Positions 48,975 to 59,985 of a stretch of DNA of 64,000 bases are shown here, piece after piece. The stretch is from an uncultured Verrucomicrobiae bacterium. Its GTDB lineage: Bacteria > Verrucomicrobiota > Verrucomicrobiia > Limisphaerales > Palsa-1400. The stretch covers positions 576,001-640,000 of the forward strand of contig CAVPOM010000018.1 in the NCBI GenBank assembly GCA_963707025.1, given 5' to 3'. How positions within the stretch are numbered: the first letter of the stretch is position 1; each line of letters starts with the position of its first letter. The notes under the pieces were generated by a model, which had not been told where the DNA came from, searched no databases, and saw nothing but the letters and a program-made list of their open reading frames with translations. The position numbers and the translations under genes were made by a program.

Positions 48975-50382
48975 TCAGGCGGGAAATGCGAAATAATTTT
49001 TGGCGTTGCGGTGACAAACGTCCCTGACAAGGTTCTTCAGCCAGTCGCGGCGGTCGGGGAGGCGGCCGGTGGCGACCTCGGAGCCGAGGATGTCGCAGAG
49101 GATGCGGCGGAAGTATTCGTGGCGGGGATAGGAGAGGAAAGAGCGCGAGTCGGTCAGCATGCCCGGCGAAGCGGCTGAGCAATCCCAGGTTTGACAGCGC
49201 GTTGAGTTGGGCGCGGATGCCGTCCTCCTGATCCAGAAACCACCAGGACGAACCATACTGCAGCTTGCCCGGAATGGAGCCGTCCTGAAAACTGCCGGGC
49301 ATGGCGGCGAACAAATGGGTGTCGGCCGGATTGAGATTGTAGAGGATGGTTTTGGGGAGCTGGTTGCGGCTGTTCAAACGGTCCAGGTAGCGGACCAGCC
49401 CTGCGGCCTGCGGAAAATCGCCGATGGTGTCGCAGCCGGTGTCGGCGCCCAGGAGCGCGGCCATGCGGGTGTTCGGGTCGCGGCAGGCGCCGAGGTGAAG
49501 CTGTTTGGTCCAGCCTTTTTCCGCGTCGAGCGCGCCAAAGAATTCCATCATGAAGGAGGCAAACCGCTCGGCGTCCGCCGGCCTCGCCGCCCGGCCCTTG
49601 AGGGCGGCGGAAAAAATGGCGGCGGCTTGTTTTTCCGTGCAATCCAGCGCGGGCATCTGGTTGAGGCCATGATCGGACAAGCGTTCGCCCCGGGCATGGA
49701 AAAAGGCGTGCCGGCGGTCCAGGGCCTGGAGAAAACCCTTGAAGGTGTCCGCGCCCGCGCCCGCCGCCTGGCTGAGGCGCTTGGTCCAGGGCTGGAAGCG
49801 TTCGGGCTGGCCGACGCGCAGGGCGTTGTCCGGGCGGAAGGCGGGCAGCACTTTGACCCGCCAGGCGGACCGGGCGATGGCCTGGTGGTGTTCGAGGGAA
49901 TCGGCGGGATCATCTGTCGTGCATATTATTTCGACGTTCATGCGTTCGACCAGGCCGCGCGCCGACCAGCCCGGCCGGGCCAGGAGGCGGTTGGCCTCGT
50001 CCCACACGGCCGGGGCGGTGGTTTCGTCGAGCAGGGCCTTGATGCCGAAATAGCGGCGCAATTCCAGGTGGGTCCAAAGAAAGAGGGGGTTGCGCAGGGT
50101 GTGGGGCACGGTGGCGGCCCAGGCCTGGAATTTTTCGCGCGGGGTGGCGTCCCGGCCGGTGATGAGGCGTTCGGGCACGCCGTCGGCCCGCATGGCGCGC
50201 CATTTGTAATGGTCGCCTTCCAGCCACGGTTCGTGGAGATTTTTGAAGCGGCGGTCCTCCGCCAAGTCGCGCGGCGACAGATGGCAATGATAATCAATGA
50301 TGGGCTGGGCCGCGGCCGTGCCATGGTAGAGCTGGCGCGCCAGCGGGTTGGAGAGCAGAAAATTGCGGTCGCAAAATTTCAT
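48975..50382 (-). CDS. uxaC: Glucuronate isomerase (frameshift near 49165)
   Basis: [29 protein letters not shown], then [20 protein letters not shown] in another frame. Confidence 0.95.
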
Positions 50383-50394
50383 GTTTTCAACGGG

Positions 50395-51168
50395 TCAAAT
50401 GGACACGGCATCAAAGCCTCCATCTACAATAAGTTCAGCGCCGGTCATAAAGCTGCCGGCCTCCGAGGCCAGGAGCAGGGCCGCCCCGGCCAGCTCGGGC
50501 GGCTGGCCGAACCGGGCCATGGGCGTTCTGGCCAGGATGGCCGCCACGCGCTCCGGGCTGAGCACCTGGCGGTTTTGTTCGGCGGGAAAGAAGCCCGGCA
50601 CCAGGAGGTTGACCCGCACGCCCCGGGCCGCCCATTCGCGCGCCAGATTTTTGGACAGATTATGCACCGCCGCCTTGGAGGCGGAGTAGGTGAAGACGCG
50701 GGAAAGCGGGGTGAGCGCCGAGGCCGAGCCGACGTTGATAATGCTGCCGGAGCCGCGTTCCACCATGTATTTGCCAAAGACCTGGCAGGCGAGAAAAAGG
50801 CCCTTGAAGTTGACGGACAGGATGCGGTCCAGCTCCGCCTCCGCGATGTCGAGAAAGGGGGTGGCGGAATTGACGCCGGCGCCGTTGACCAGAATGTCCA
50901 CGCCGCCGGTTTTGGCCAGGGTGTCGCCCAGCAGTTTGTCCAGGCTGGCCTTGGAAGTGGTGTCGCAAGCCAGAAAGTCCGCTTGGCCGCCATCGGCGGC
51001 AATTTGGGCCAGGCGCGTTTTTGCTTTCTGGGCGTCGCGGCCGGCGAGCACGACGGAGGCGCCGGCTTGGGCGAAGGCGGCGGCGATGGAGCCGCACAAT
51101 TCCCCGGTGCCGCCGATGACCACGGCGACTTTGCCGCGCAGTGAAAATAGTTCGGCCGGAGTTTTCAT
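50395..51168 (-). CDS. SDR oxidoreductase (mannonate/fructuronate reductase-like)
   Basis: [18 protein letters not shown] and PGFFPAEQN motifs; in the hexuronate cluster. Confidence 0.88.
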   Translation of the reverse strand: MKTPAELFSLRGKVAVVIGGTGELCGSIAAAFAQAGASVVLAGRDAQKAKTRLAQIAADGGQADFLACDTTSKASLDKLLGDTLAKTGGVDILVNGAGVNSATPFLDIAEAELDRILSVNFKGLFLACQVFGKYMVERGSGSIINVGSASALTPLSRVFTYSASKAAVHNLSKNLAREWAARGVRVNLLVPGFFPAEQNRQVLSPERVAAILARTPMARFGQPPELAGAALLLASEAGSFMTGAELIVDGGFDAVSI

Positions 51169-51246
51169 TGTCAAAGAGTCTGTGCCATTTCCCGGCGGAA
51201 TGCAATCCGCGGGTCAGAAGGCGCCGGAGAGACGGATGGATTCATC

Positions 51247-51499
51247 GTTGGAGTGGTGGAATGGTGGAAGAAATGCAGAATGCAAAATGCAGAATGCAAA
51301 ATGGATTCGGAGAGCGGCAATTTTATCCGTGCCATCCTGGATAACCTGAGCGCCGCGGCTGAAGCGTTGGAGTGGTGGAGTGGTGGAAGAAATGCAGAAT
51401 GCAAAATGCAGAATGCAAAATGGATTCAGAGAGCGGCAATTTTATCCGTGCCATCCTGGATAACCTGAGCGCCGCGGCTGAAGTGTTGGAGTGGTGGAG
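51247..51499. repeat. Tandem repeat with a 119-bp unit (two full copies and a partial third)
   Basis: Units start at 51247, 51366 and 51485; each full unit contains GGAGTGGT and AATGCA(G/A) sub-repeats. Confidence 0.9.
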
Positions 51500-51504
51500 C
51501 GGCG

Positions 51505-51631
51505 GGGCCACGCCGGCTTCGTCCACCGTGGCAATGTGTTCGTCGTCGGCCCCCACGCCGAAGGCGGCATAGAAATCCTGCGCCATCGGGCCGAGGTGCG
51601 GCGTGGCGGCGCGGTTGGGGTAGTGCCAGTG
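51505..51631 (-). pseudogene. Fragment of a Peptidase_S74/intramolecular chaperone domain
   Basis: WHY....HLGPMAQDFYAAFGVGADDEHIATVDEAGVA. Confidence 0.7.
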
Positions 51632-51799
51632 GCGGCAGGCTATGGCCGTCGCCTGCCTTTATTTCCTCTGGTTTGCGGCGGGCATAGACCGCCGTTAGAA
51701 TCGTGGACCCGAACCATTAGCGATGCGCTTGGGGACGCAACCCGGAGGCGGGCGGGACGCGCGCGCTCCCAGAGAAGGCGCCCATCAGGGGAAGCAGCG

Positions 51800-51892
51800 T
51801 GCGCCTTTCCCTTTTTTTGGCGCTTCTTTGCCTTGGGCAGGATTTCCGCGATTCAAACGGTTGCAAATTGGTCATGGAGCGTGGGTCATTTG
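51800..51892. repeat. Dispersed ~95-bp repeat (inverted copy of 22861-22955)
   Basis: Shares CTTTGCCTTGGGCAGGATTTCCGCGATTCAAACG. Confidence 0.75.
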
Positions 51893-52021
51893 ACCAGTTC
51901 ATGGAGCGGATTTATCACCTTGATTCCGGTGATAGAGGAGGAGGAGGAGACGCCCCGCCCATCGCAGGATTGGACATTGCGCAGGATTGACCGGGCTGGA
52001 CAAAGGCGGTACACCCATGGC

Positions 52022-52405
52022 ATGAAAAAAATAATCGTCAAACCCGCGGGCGGCGCGGCGGCCGTCGGGCCTTACAGCCAGGGCGTGCGCGCGGGGGATT
52101 TCCTTTTTTGCGCGGGGCAGATCCCGCTGGTTCCGGAGACGGGCCAGATGGTCGGCCACGACGTGCAGGCGCAGACGGAACGGGTTTTGGAGAATGTCAA
52201 AATCATCCTGCGCGACCAGAAGCTGGATTTCGGGCAGGTGGTCAAAACAACGGTTTTCCTGACGGACCTGGCGGATTTCACCGCGATGAACGAGGTTTAT
52301 GCCCGCTATTTCAAGGCGGATTTCCCGGCGCGTTCCACGGTGCAGGTGGCGGCGCTGCCGCGCGGGGCGAAGGTCGAGATCGAGGTGGTGGCGCATTATG
52401 ATTGA
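52022..52405 (+). CDS. ridA: RidA-family enamine deaminase
   Basis: GPYSQ, AGQIPL, MNEVY and PARSTVQVAALPRGAKVEIE motifs. Confidence 0.95.
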   Translation: MKKIIVKPAGGAAAVGPYSQGVRAGDFLFCAGQIPLVPETGQMVGHDVQAQTERVLENVKIILRDQKLDFGQVVKTTVFLTDLADFTAMNEVYARYFKADFPARSTVQVAALPRGAKVEIEVVAHYD

Positions 52406-52414
52406 AGCAAGTGA

Positions 52415-53782
52415 ATGAACCCTGCCGTTTATTTTTTGACCGGGCTGGCGGCCGGCGCGGTGGTCTTCTGGTGCCTGGGGTTTTTTTTCGGGCGGCGGTC
52501 CGGCTGGCCGGCGGACCACCGCCTGGAGGAGGAACTGCGGCAGCAGGCGCAGCAGCGGGAAAAGGAACTGGGGGAGGCCCGGCAGCAACTCAACCAAGCC
52601 GGCGCGGCGGCGGCGGCCTTGGAGGCCAGGCGCGAGGCGGCGGAGCGGTTGCTGACCGAAAGCCGGGAGCTCTACGGGCAAAACCTGCGCTCGGCCAAGG
52701 AGGGGCAGGACAAGGCCTTGGCGGATTTGCGCGAGGCCTTCCAAGCCCTGAGCGCGGAGGCGCTCAAGCAAACGGCGCCGCAGTTTTTGCAACTGGCCAA
52801 TGAAACGCTGGCCAAGTTCCAGGAGTCGGCCAAAGGGGACCTGGCCCAGCGCCAGCAAGCCATCGCCACACTGGTGCAGCCGTTGAAGGAGCAGTTGGAA
52901 ACCTACCAGAAGCGCCTGCAACAAAGTGAAACCGCCCAGGCGGCGACTCTGGGGGAAGTCAAGAAACAGATCGAAGGACTGGCCCAAAACAGCCAGGCCC
53001 TTTCCAGCGAGACCCTGCAGTTGCGCCTGGTGCTCAGTTCCAACCAGGCCCGGGGCCGCTGGGGCGAGGAAACGCTGCGGCGGGTGGTGGAGGCGGCCGG
53101 GATGAGCGCGCATTGCGATTTCCGCGAGCAAACCCAGTCTGGGGAGAGCAAGCCGGACCTGACGGTGCATCTGCCGGGCAACCGGATCATCATTGTTGAC
53201 TCAAAGGTGCCGGATTTGGATTTTCTCAAGGCCATTGACACGGCCGACCCGCGCCAGCGCGGCGAGGCCCTGGCCGCCCATGCGGCCAAGTTGAAGAGCA
53301 CGATCCGGGACCTGGCCGGGCGCGATTACCCGCGCCAGTTTCCCAACGCCCTGGATTACGTGGTGCTGTTTTTGCCGGCCGAATCGCTCTTCAGCGCCGC
53401 CCTGGAGGGGGACCGCGATTTGATTGTCTGGGCGGCGCAACGGCGGATCATGCTGGCCACGCCGGCCTCGCTCATCGGCCTGTTGCGGGCCGTGAGCGTG
53501 AGCTGGCAGCAGCAGGCCCAGAGCGAAAATGCGCGCGAGATTGCGGCGGCGGCGCAGGAGCTGTTCAGCCGCGTGGTCAAGCTCATGGAACATTTCGAGC
53601 GCATCCGGGGCGGGCTGGAAAAGGCCAACGCGGCCTACAATGACGCGGTGGGAAGCTATGAGCGGATGGTGCGGCCCACCGGCGAGCGGCTGTTGAAACT
53701 GGGCGGCAACGCCGCCGCCAAGGGGCTGGCGGATATTCAGCCGTTGGAGGCCACCCTGCGGTTGCCCCCGGCGCCGCCATGA
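52415..53782 (+). CDS. rmuC: DNA recombination protein RmuC
   Basis: N-terminal TM, coiled coil, RGRWGE, KPD..VHLP, IVDSK and VLFLPAES motifs. Confidence 0.95.
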   Translation: MNPAVYFLTGLAAGAVVFWCLGFFFGRRSGWPADHRLEEELRQQAQQREKELGEARQQLNQAGAAAAALEARREAAERLLTESRELYGQNLRSAKEGQDKALADLREAFQALSAEALKQTAPQFLQLANETLAKFQESAKGDLAQRQQAIATLVQPLKEQLETYQKRLQQSETAQAATLGEVKKQIEGLAQNSQALSSETLQLRLVLSSNQARGRWGEETLRRVVEAAGMSAHCDFREQTQSGESKPDLTVHLPGNRIIIVDSKVPDLDFLKAIDTADPRQRGEALAAHAAKLKSTIRDLAGRDYPRQFPNALDYVVLFLPAESLFSAALEGDRDLIVWAAQRRIMLATPASLIGLLRAVSVSWQQQAQSENAREIAAAAQELFSRVVKLMEHFERIRGGLEKANAAYNDAVGSYERMVRPTGERLLKLGGNAAAKGLADIQPLEATLRLPPAPP

Positions 53783-53793
53783 AACCGGCGGGG

Positions 53794-54058
53794 CGCCGCG
53801 ACCCTGCCAAAAACCGGGATGCGCCCGCGATGCAAACGATTGCAAACTGTTCATTGAGAATTGGTCATTTGTCATCGGCATCCGGCCAAGGTCTTCCGAT
53901 AACCAATAACAAATCTTCCATGACCAATTCTCAATCGAGTGATGCAAAGGCGCAACTCACTTTTTGGACGTTTCCCAGGCAGGGACGCCGTGCCGATTCG
54001 GAATCGGGATCAAGGCCGGCGCAACGCCGCGACCCTGCCAAAAACCGGGATGCGCCCG
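53794..54058. repeat. 34-bp direct repeats bracketing a TTGGTCA/TGACCAA hairpin repeat
   Basis: CGCCGCGACCCTGCCAAAAACCGGGATGCGCCCG at 53794-53827 and 54025-54058. Confidence 0.8.
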
Positions 54059-54217
54059 GCGAGCCAGGCCTTGCATTTTAAGTCTTGAACTGGCCGGGCG
54101 GGGTCACTACCCTCTGCCTGTAAATACTGGTGACAGGCCCCGAATTTACATTTCGGGGATTTTTATTGCCGCGGCGGCAAAGAGGGCGGACGGTTGCTTG
54201 GAGCATTTAAGGAAATT

Positions 54218-55485
54218 ATGGCCAATACCATTTTAGTCGGCGCCCAATGGGGCGATGAGGGCAAAGGCAAGATCATTGATGTGCTGACCGAGAAGGCGGA
54301 CATCGTGGTGCGCACCCAGGGCGGCAACAACGCCGGCCACACCGTGTTCCTGGGCAAAAAGAAATATGTGCTGCACCTCATTCCCTCCGGCATCCTGCGC
54401 CCGGGAAAAATTTGCGTGATCGGCAACGGGGTGGTGGTGGACCCGGTGAGTCTGGTGGCGGAAATAGACGAATTGCAACGGCTGGGGGTGCGGGTCAAAC
54501 ATTTGTGCGTGAGCGAGTCGGCCCATCTGGTGCTGCCCTATCACCGCGAACTGGATTCGCAGCGGGAAATGCTCAAGGGCAAAAATAAAATCGGCACGAC
54601 CAAACGCGGCATCGGCCCGGCCTACGGCGACAAGGCGGCGCGCACCGGCCTGCGCATGATTGATCTGATCAACCCGGAGCGTTTCCGGGCGCTGCTCCGC
54701 CTCAAGATCAAGGAGAACAACGAGATCTTGCGCGCCTTCGGGGCCAGGCCGCTTTCCTTCGCCAGGGTCCACGCCGAGTACCGCGCGGCCGGGGACCGCT
54801 TGAAAGCGTTTGTCGCCAACACGGTGGTGCTGCTGCACGAGGCCACCCGGCGCAACGCCGAGATTCTTTTTGAGGGCGCGCAAGGGACCTTCCTGGATAT
54901 TGATCACGGGACCTATCCGTTTGTCACTTCCTCCAACACCACCGCGGGCGGGGCCTGCACCGGCTCGGGCGTGGCCCCGCACCGCATGGAACGGGTGGTC
55001 GGCGTGATGAAGGCTTACACCACGCGCGTGGGCGAAGGTCCGCTCCCGACCGAGAGTCGCCGAAATCGCCGATATGTTGCACGGCATGGGCCGCGAATTC
55101 GGGGCGACGACGGGACGGGCCCGGCGTTGCGGCTGGTTCGACGCGGTGGCCACGCCACTATGCCACGATTATCAACGGGATTGACGAACTGGCCGTGACC
55201 AACCTGGACGGATTGGACACGGTGGAAACGATCAAGGTGTGCATCGCCTATCGCGCCGGCTCGGCCCGGCTGGATTATATGCCGGCGGACAGCGGGTTGA
55301 TGGCCAGGTGCCAGCCGGTTTATGCCGAATTGCCCGGCTGGGGCGCGCCGACCTCGCACTGCCGCACCTGGAAGGATCTGCCCCGGCGCGCGCGCGGATA
55401 TTTGAAGGCCCTGGCGGACTTGACGGGCGCGCGGCTGCGCCTGGTTTCGGTTGGCCCGGCGCGGGCCCAGACCATAGTTGTGTGA
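54218..55485 (+). CDS. purA: Adenylosuccinate synthetase (frameshifts near 55060 and 55155)
   Basis: [40 protein letters not shown] and TTGR.RRCGW motifs. Confidence 0.97.
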
Positions 55486-55494
55486 GGTTTGCTT

Positions 55495-56232
55495 ATGGCG
55501 GGCGGGCCCCTTCATCTCAGCGCGCAGGCCAAGGCCACCATCCCCGGTCATGTCGCCATTATCATGGACGGCAACGGGCGCTGGGCCAAGCAACGCCATC
55601 TTCCGCGCGTGGAAGGCCATCGCCACGGGGTGGAGTCGGTGCGCGCGGTGGTGCGCGCCGCCGGCGAAGCCGGCGTCAAGCAACTGACCCTCTACGCCTT
55701 CTCGGTGGAGAACTGGAACCGGCCCAAGGACGAAGTGGACACCCTCATGCAATACCTGGCGCGGTTTCTCAAGACGGAGATCGGGGAACTGACCAAAAAC
55801 AACGTGCGGCTGGACGTGATTGGGCAGATCTACCGCCTGCCCGAATTTGTGCAGGAGCAGTTGAAGAAAACCCAGGCCGCCCTGGCGCGCAACAACGGCC
55901 TGACCTTGATCCTGGCCTTGAGTTACGGGGGGCGCACCGAGATCGTCGAGGCGGTGCGCGGCATCGCCCAGAAAATCAAGGAGGGCCAGTTGGATCCGGC
56001 CGAAATCAACGAGTCCTTGTTTTCCCAGCACCTTTACACCCGCCATTATCCGGACCCCGACCTGCTCATCCGCACCAGCGGGGAGATGCGCATCAGCAAT
56101 TTTTTGTTGTGGCAGATTTCCTACGCCGAACTGGTGGTGACGCCGACCCTCTGGCCGGATTTTCGCAAAGCCCAGTTTTTTGAGGCGCTGGAAGAATACA
56201 CCCGCCGCCACCGCCGCTTCGGCCAGGTCTGA
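55495..56232 (+). CDS. uppS: Undecaprenyl diphosphate synthase
   Basis: HVAIIMDGNGRWA, FSVENWNRP and RTSGEMRISNFLLWQ motifs. Confidence 0.97.
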   Translation: MAGGPLHLSAQAKATIPGHVAIIMDGNGRWAKQRHLPRVEGHRHGVESVRAVVRAAGEAGVKQLTLYAFSVENWNRPKDEVDTLMQYLARFLKTEIGELTKNNVRLDVIGQIYRLPEFVQEQLKKTQAALARNNGLTLILALSYGGRTEIVEAVRGIAQKIKEGQLDPAEINESLFSQHLYTRHYPDPDLLIRTSGEMRISNFLLWQISYAELVVTPTLWPDFRKAQFFEALEEYTRRHRRFGQV

Positions 56233-56287
56233 ACTCCGGCAAATCCAAGCTAGACACCTGGCGCCGGTTCGTTAATTTTCCCTGCTG

Positions 56288-57202
56288 ATGCCAGAACCTG
56301 CGCCAGCGCCGCCCTCCCCGCCGTCCAAGGCGGCCATCTTCCTGCGGCGTCTGACCAGTTTTGTCATCCTCTGGACCATTGTGCTGGTGGCGCTCTTTTC
56401 GCCCTACAAGATGGTGTCGGATTATTTTTTCCTGCTCATCCTGATGTTTCTGGCGGCGGCGGGTCTGATGGAGTTTTACGGGATGGTGGGCAAATTGGGG
56501 CATCAATGTTACGCCGGATGCGGCGTGTTTGCCGGCCTGCTCCTGCTGGCGGCCACGTTCGTGGATTGTTCGGGAGAATTGGGCCATGCCGCCGGACCGT
56601 CGCGGGTCAACGATTTTGAAAGCAGTTTTTTCATCCTTTTCGTCCTGGGATTGTGCATCCGCCAATTTGTTTCCCGGCACACCACCACCGGAATCGTGGC
56701 CATCGCCACCACGCTGTTGGGGCTGATGTACGTGCCCTGGCTGCTGAACTTCATCCAAAAAATCAATTTCTTCACTCCCAACGTGGAGGGCCATTATTAC
56801 CTGCTCTATTTTGTGGTGGTGACCAAGTTCAGCGATTGCGGGGCTTACCTGGTGGGATCGCTCATTGGCAGGCATAAAATGATTCCCCGCATCAGCCCCG
56901 GCAAAACCTGGGAGGGCTTCGCCGGCGCGGTCCTTGTTGCCACCGCCGCCAGCGTGCTTTTTGCCTCTGTGGCGGGCGGGCATCTGGCCGGGATGACCCT
57001 GGGCCATGCCGTCATTCTGGGGGTGATGTTGGGCCTGTCGGCCGTGGTGGGCGATTTGATCGAATCCCTTTTTAAGCGGGAGGCCGGCTTAAAGGATTCG
57101 GGCCGTCTGTTTCCCGGCATCGGCGGAATTCTGGACTTGCTGGACAGTTTGCTCTTCAATGCCCCGTTGATGTATTTGTATTTGCGCCACATTCTGACCT
57201 GA
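56288..57202 (+). CDS. cdsA: Phosphatidate cytidylyltransferase
   Basis: ISPGKTWEG and GDLIESLFKR...KDSG..FPG.GGILD motifs. Confidence 0.95.
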   Translation: MPEPAPAPPSPPSKAAIFLRRLTSFVILWTIVLVALFSPYKMVSDYFFLLILMFLAAAGLMEFYGMVGKLGHQCYAGCGVFAGLLLLAATFVDCSGELGHAAGPSRVNDFESSFFILFVLGLCIRQFVSRHTTTGIVAIATTLLGLMYVPWLLNFIQKINFFTPNVEGHYYLLYFVVVTKFSDCGAYLVGSLIGRHKMIPRISPGKTWEGFAGAVLVATAASVLFASVAGGHLAGMTLGHAVILGVMLGLSAVVGDLIESLFKREAGLKDSGRLFPGIGGILDLLDSLLFNAPLMYLYLRHILT

Positions 57203-58339
57203 TGAAGAACGTAGTATTGCTCGGCTCGACCGGCTCCATCGGCACCAGCACCATCAAGGTGGCGCAGGATTTGCCCGACCGCATCCGCCTGGCCGGCCTG
57301 GCGGCGGGCCACAATGCCGAACTGCTCCTCCAGCAAACCCTGCAACATCGTCCGCGGGCCATATCCATCGGCGATCCGGTCCAGGCCGCGGGCTTGGAGA
57401 GCAGGCTCGGCGCTTCGGTCCAGGTTTTTTCGGGCGACGATGGCTTGCTCAAACTAGCCACCCTGCCGGGGGCGGACATTGTCTCTGATCGCGATTTCGG
57501 GCACGGCGGGTTTGCAGCCGGCGCTGGCGGCCATCCGCGCGGGCAAGGACATCGCGGTGGCTTCCAAGGAAATCCTGGTCATGGCGGGGGAGACGATCAT
57601 GCGCGAGGCGCGCGAACATGGCGTGCGCGTCCTGGCGGTGGACAGCGAACATTCGGCCATTTTCCAATGCCTGGACGGCAAGCCCGCCGATTCGGTGCGC
57701 GCCCTTTGGCTGACGGCTTCGGGCGGTCCCTTCCGCGCCACGGCCAGGGAGGAATTTCCCGGCATCACGGTGGAGCGGGCCTTGCAGCATCCCTCCTGGG
57801 TGATGGGCCGGAAGATCACGATTGATTCGGCAACACTTTTCAACAAGGGCCTGGAAATGATCGAAGCCCGCTGGCTCTTCGACATCGAAATCGGCCGGGT
57901 GCAGGTGGTGGTCCATCCCCAGAGCGTGGTGCATTCCCTGGTCGAGTTTGTGGACGGTTCCATCATCGCCCAGTTGTCCACGCCGGACATGTGCCTGCCC
58001 ATTCAATATGCCCTGACCTATCCGGACCGGGTATTGAGCAACCGGGTGCAAACGGACCTGGCCGCGCTGGGGCAACTGACCTTTGAGCCGCCTGACCCCG
58101 AACGGTTTCCCGCGCTCAAGCTGGCCCGCCAGGCGGGCGAGATGGGCGGGACCCTGCCGGCCGTCTTGAACGCCGCCAATGAAGTCGCCGTGGACGCCTT
58201 CATCAACCGGCGCATTAACTTTCCGCAGATCAGCGAGTTGGTGGCCCGCGTCATGTCCCGCCATGACGTGGTGAAACACCCGGACCTGACCCGCATCCTG
58301 GCGGCCGATCTCTGGGCGCGCGAAGAAGCGGGCCGTTGA
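57202..58339 (+). CDS. dxr: 1-deoxy-D-xylulose 5-phosphate reductoisomerase (frameshift near 57485)
   Basis: LGSTGSIG, VDSEHSAIFQ, LTASGGPF, ITIDSATLFNKGLE and NAANE motifs. Confidence 0.96.
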
Positions 58340-58368
58340 CGCGTGCCAGGCCAAGGGGTCGCCCATCA

Positions 58369-58494
58369 GGGCGGTTTAAGAAATTGTGCAGCCCTAGATG
58401 AGGATGGCAGGGCGCGCACTCCGTGCGCGCCGCGGCGGGCAACGGAGTGCCCGCCCTACCGCGTAATGCGGCGACAGTATTTGTGAAACCGCTC
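58369..58494. repeat. 126-bp MITE-like REP element (inverted copy of 1077-1202)
   Basis: Reverse complement aligns along its full length with 1077-1202. Confidence 0.85.
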
Positions 58495-58530
58495 TTGGGC
58501 TTGGTGTCAACAGGCGAAACGATTTTGTCC

Positions 58531-59319
58531 TCAATTTTCTTTATTGAGTTCTTCCCGGGCCCCCATCCCTTTATCATTTATCATTTCCGCATCCCGCGCC
58601 ACCAGCACCACAAACTCCCCCTTGGCCGGCCGCTGCTCCATCTCCAGCAACAATGCGGCCGGGCGGCCTGTCTTGAATTCCTCAAATTTCTTGGTCAGCT
58701 CCCGCGCCAGCACCACCTTTCTTTCCGGATACACTCCAGCCAGTTCCGCCAGCAGCTTCACGATCCGATGCGGTGATTCGTACAAAACCAGCGTGCCCGG
58801 AACCTCTTTCACCGCCTCAAGCTGGCGCCGCCGCCGACCCGGTTTATGCGGCAAAAATCCCAGGAAATGGAACTCGTCCGCCGGCAAACCGCTCGCGCTC
58901 AAGGCCGCCACCAGCGCGCACGGCCCCGGCACCGGCTCCACCCGGCACCCGCCCGCCAGCGCCCATTTCACCACCCGCTCCCCCGGATCGCTGATGCCGG
59001 GCGTTCCGGCGTCCGTCACCAGCGCGATCTTCTCCCCCCGCCGCAACCGCTCCACGATTTCCCGGCTGCGCGCCGCCTCGTTAAATTGAAAACAACTCAA
59101 CATCGGCTTGGAAATGCCAAAGTGTTTCAGGAGCCGTCCGGTGTGGCGGGTGTCTTCCGCCGCCACCAGGTCGCACTCCTTGAGCACCCGCAAGGCCCGC
59201 AGCGTCACATCCTCCAAATTCCCGATGGGCGTCGCCACCAGGTAAAGCGTGCCCGGCCGCAGCGGCGGCAATCCGGACGAAACATCCTGCTCAATCCTGT
59301 CCTGGCTTTCTTCCATCAT
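58531..59319 (-). CDS. rsmI: 16S rRNA C1402 2'-O-methyltransferase
   Basis: LYLVATPIGNLED, AEDTR, DAGTPGISDPG, YESPHR and RELTKKFEE motifs. Confidence 0.96.
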   Translation of the reverse strand: MMEESQDRIEQDVSSGLPPLRPGTLYLVATPIGNLEDVTLRALRVLKECDLVAAEDTRHTGRLLKHFGISKPMLSCFQFNEAARSREIVERLRRGEKIALVTDAGTPGISDPGERVVKWALAGGCRVEPVPGPCALVAALSASGLPADEFHFLGFLPHKPGRRRRQLEAVKEVPGTLVLYESPHRIVKLLAELAGVYPERKVVLARELTKKFEEFKTGRPAALLLEMEQRPAKGEFVVLVARDAEMINDKGMGAREELNKEN

Positions 59320-59373
59320 GGCTTCTTCATTTTGCCTTTTGCCTTTTGCCTGTGATCCTAGCACAATCCTGCT

Positions 59374-59979
59374 GTGAAACAATGCGTTGTCGTGCTGGAT
59401 CTGGAAGGCGTGCTCGTGCCGGAAATCTGGATTTCCGTCGCCGAGAAAACCCGGATCCCCGAACTCCGCCGCACCACCCGCGACGAGCCGGACTACGACA
59501 AGCTCATGCTCGGCCGGCTCAAAATCCTCGATGAGCACGGCCTCAAATTGGCCGACATCCAGGACACCATCGCCACCTTGAAACCTCTGGACGGCGCGCT
59601 GGATTTTTTGCGCCAGCTCCGCGCCCTCACCCAGGTCATCGTCCTCTCCGACACCTTTGAAGAATTCGCCAAGCCGCTCATGCGCCAATTGGAGTGGCCC
59701 GCCATTTTCTGCAACCACCTGGTCATCGAGGACGGCAGAATCGCCGGCTACAAGATGCGCCAGCCCCAGCCCAAGCGCAGTTCGGTGACCGCCTTGAAAA
59801 GCCTGAACTATTTCGTCATCGCCGCCGGCGATTCCTTCAACGACACCGCCATGCTCCTGGAAGCCCACGCCGGTTTTTTCTTCCGCGCCCCCGCAGCGAT
59901 CCGGGCGCAATTCCCCCAATTCCCGCCCTTGGAGAGTTACCCCGATTTGATGCAGGCCATCCAGCGGGCCATGGCCTAG
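59374..59979 (+). CDS. thrH: Phosphoserine phosphatase/homoserine phosphotransferase
   Basis: LDLEGVLVPEIW, TTRDEPDYD, LSDTF and GDSFNDTAML motifs. Confidence 0.95.
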   Translation: MKQCVVVLDLEGVLVPEIWISVAEKTRIPELRRTTRDEPDYDKLMLGRLKILDEHGLKLADIQDTIATLKPLDGALDFLRQLRALTQVIVLSDTFEEFAKPLMRQLEWPAIFCNHLVIEDGRIAGYKMRQPQPKRSSVTALKSLNYFVIAAGDSFNDTAMLLEAHAGFFFRAPAAIRAQFPQFPPLESYPDLMQAIQRAMA

Positions 59980-59985
59980 AATTCT

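Noticed and set aside
51247..51499. Possible CRISPR array
   Set aside because: Whole 119-bp units are duplicated with no unique spacers, and no cas genes are present.
53794..54058. 34-bp direct repeats as a mini-CRISPR or att sites
   Set aside because: Only two copies 197 bp apart, and the interior is itself a dispersed repeat; no integrase.
54218..58339. purA and dxr as true pseudogenes
   Set aside because: Only isolated indels, with all motifs intact; most likely sequencing error.
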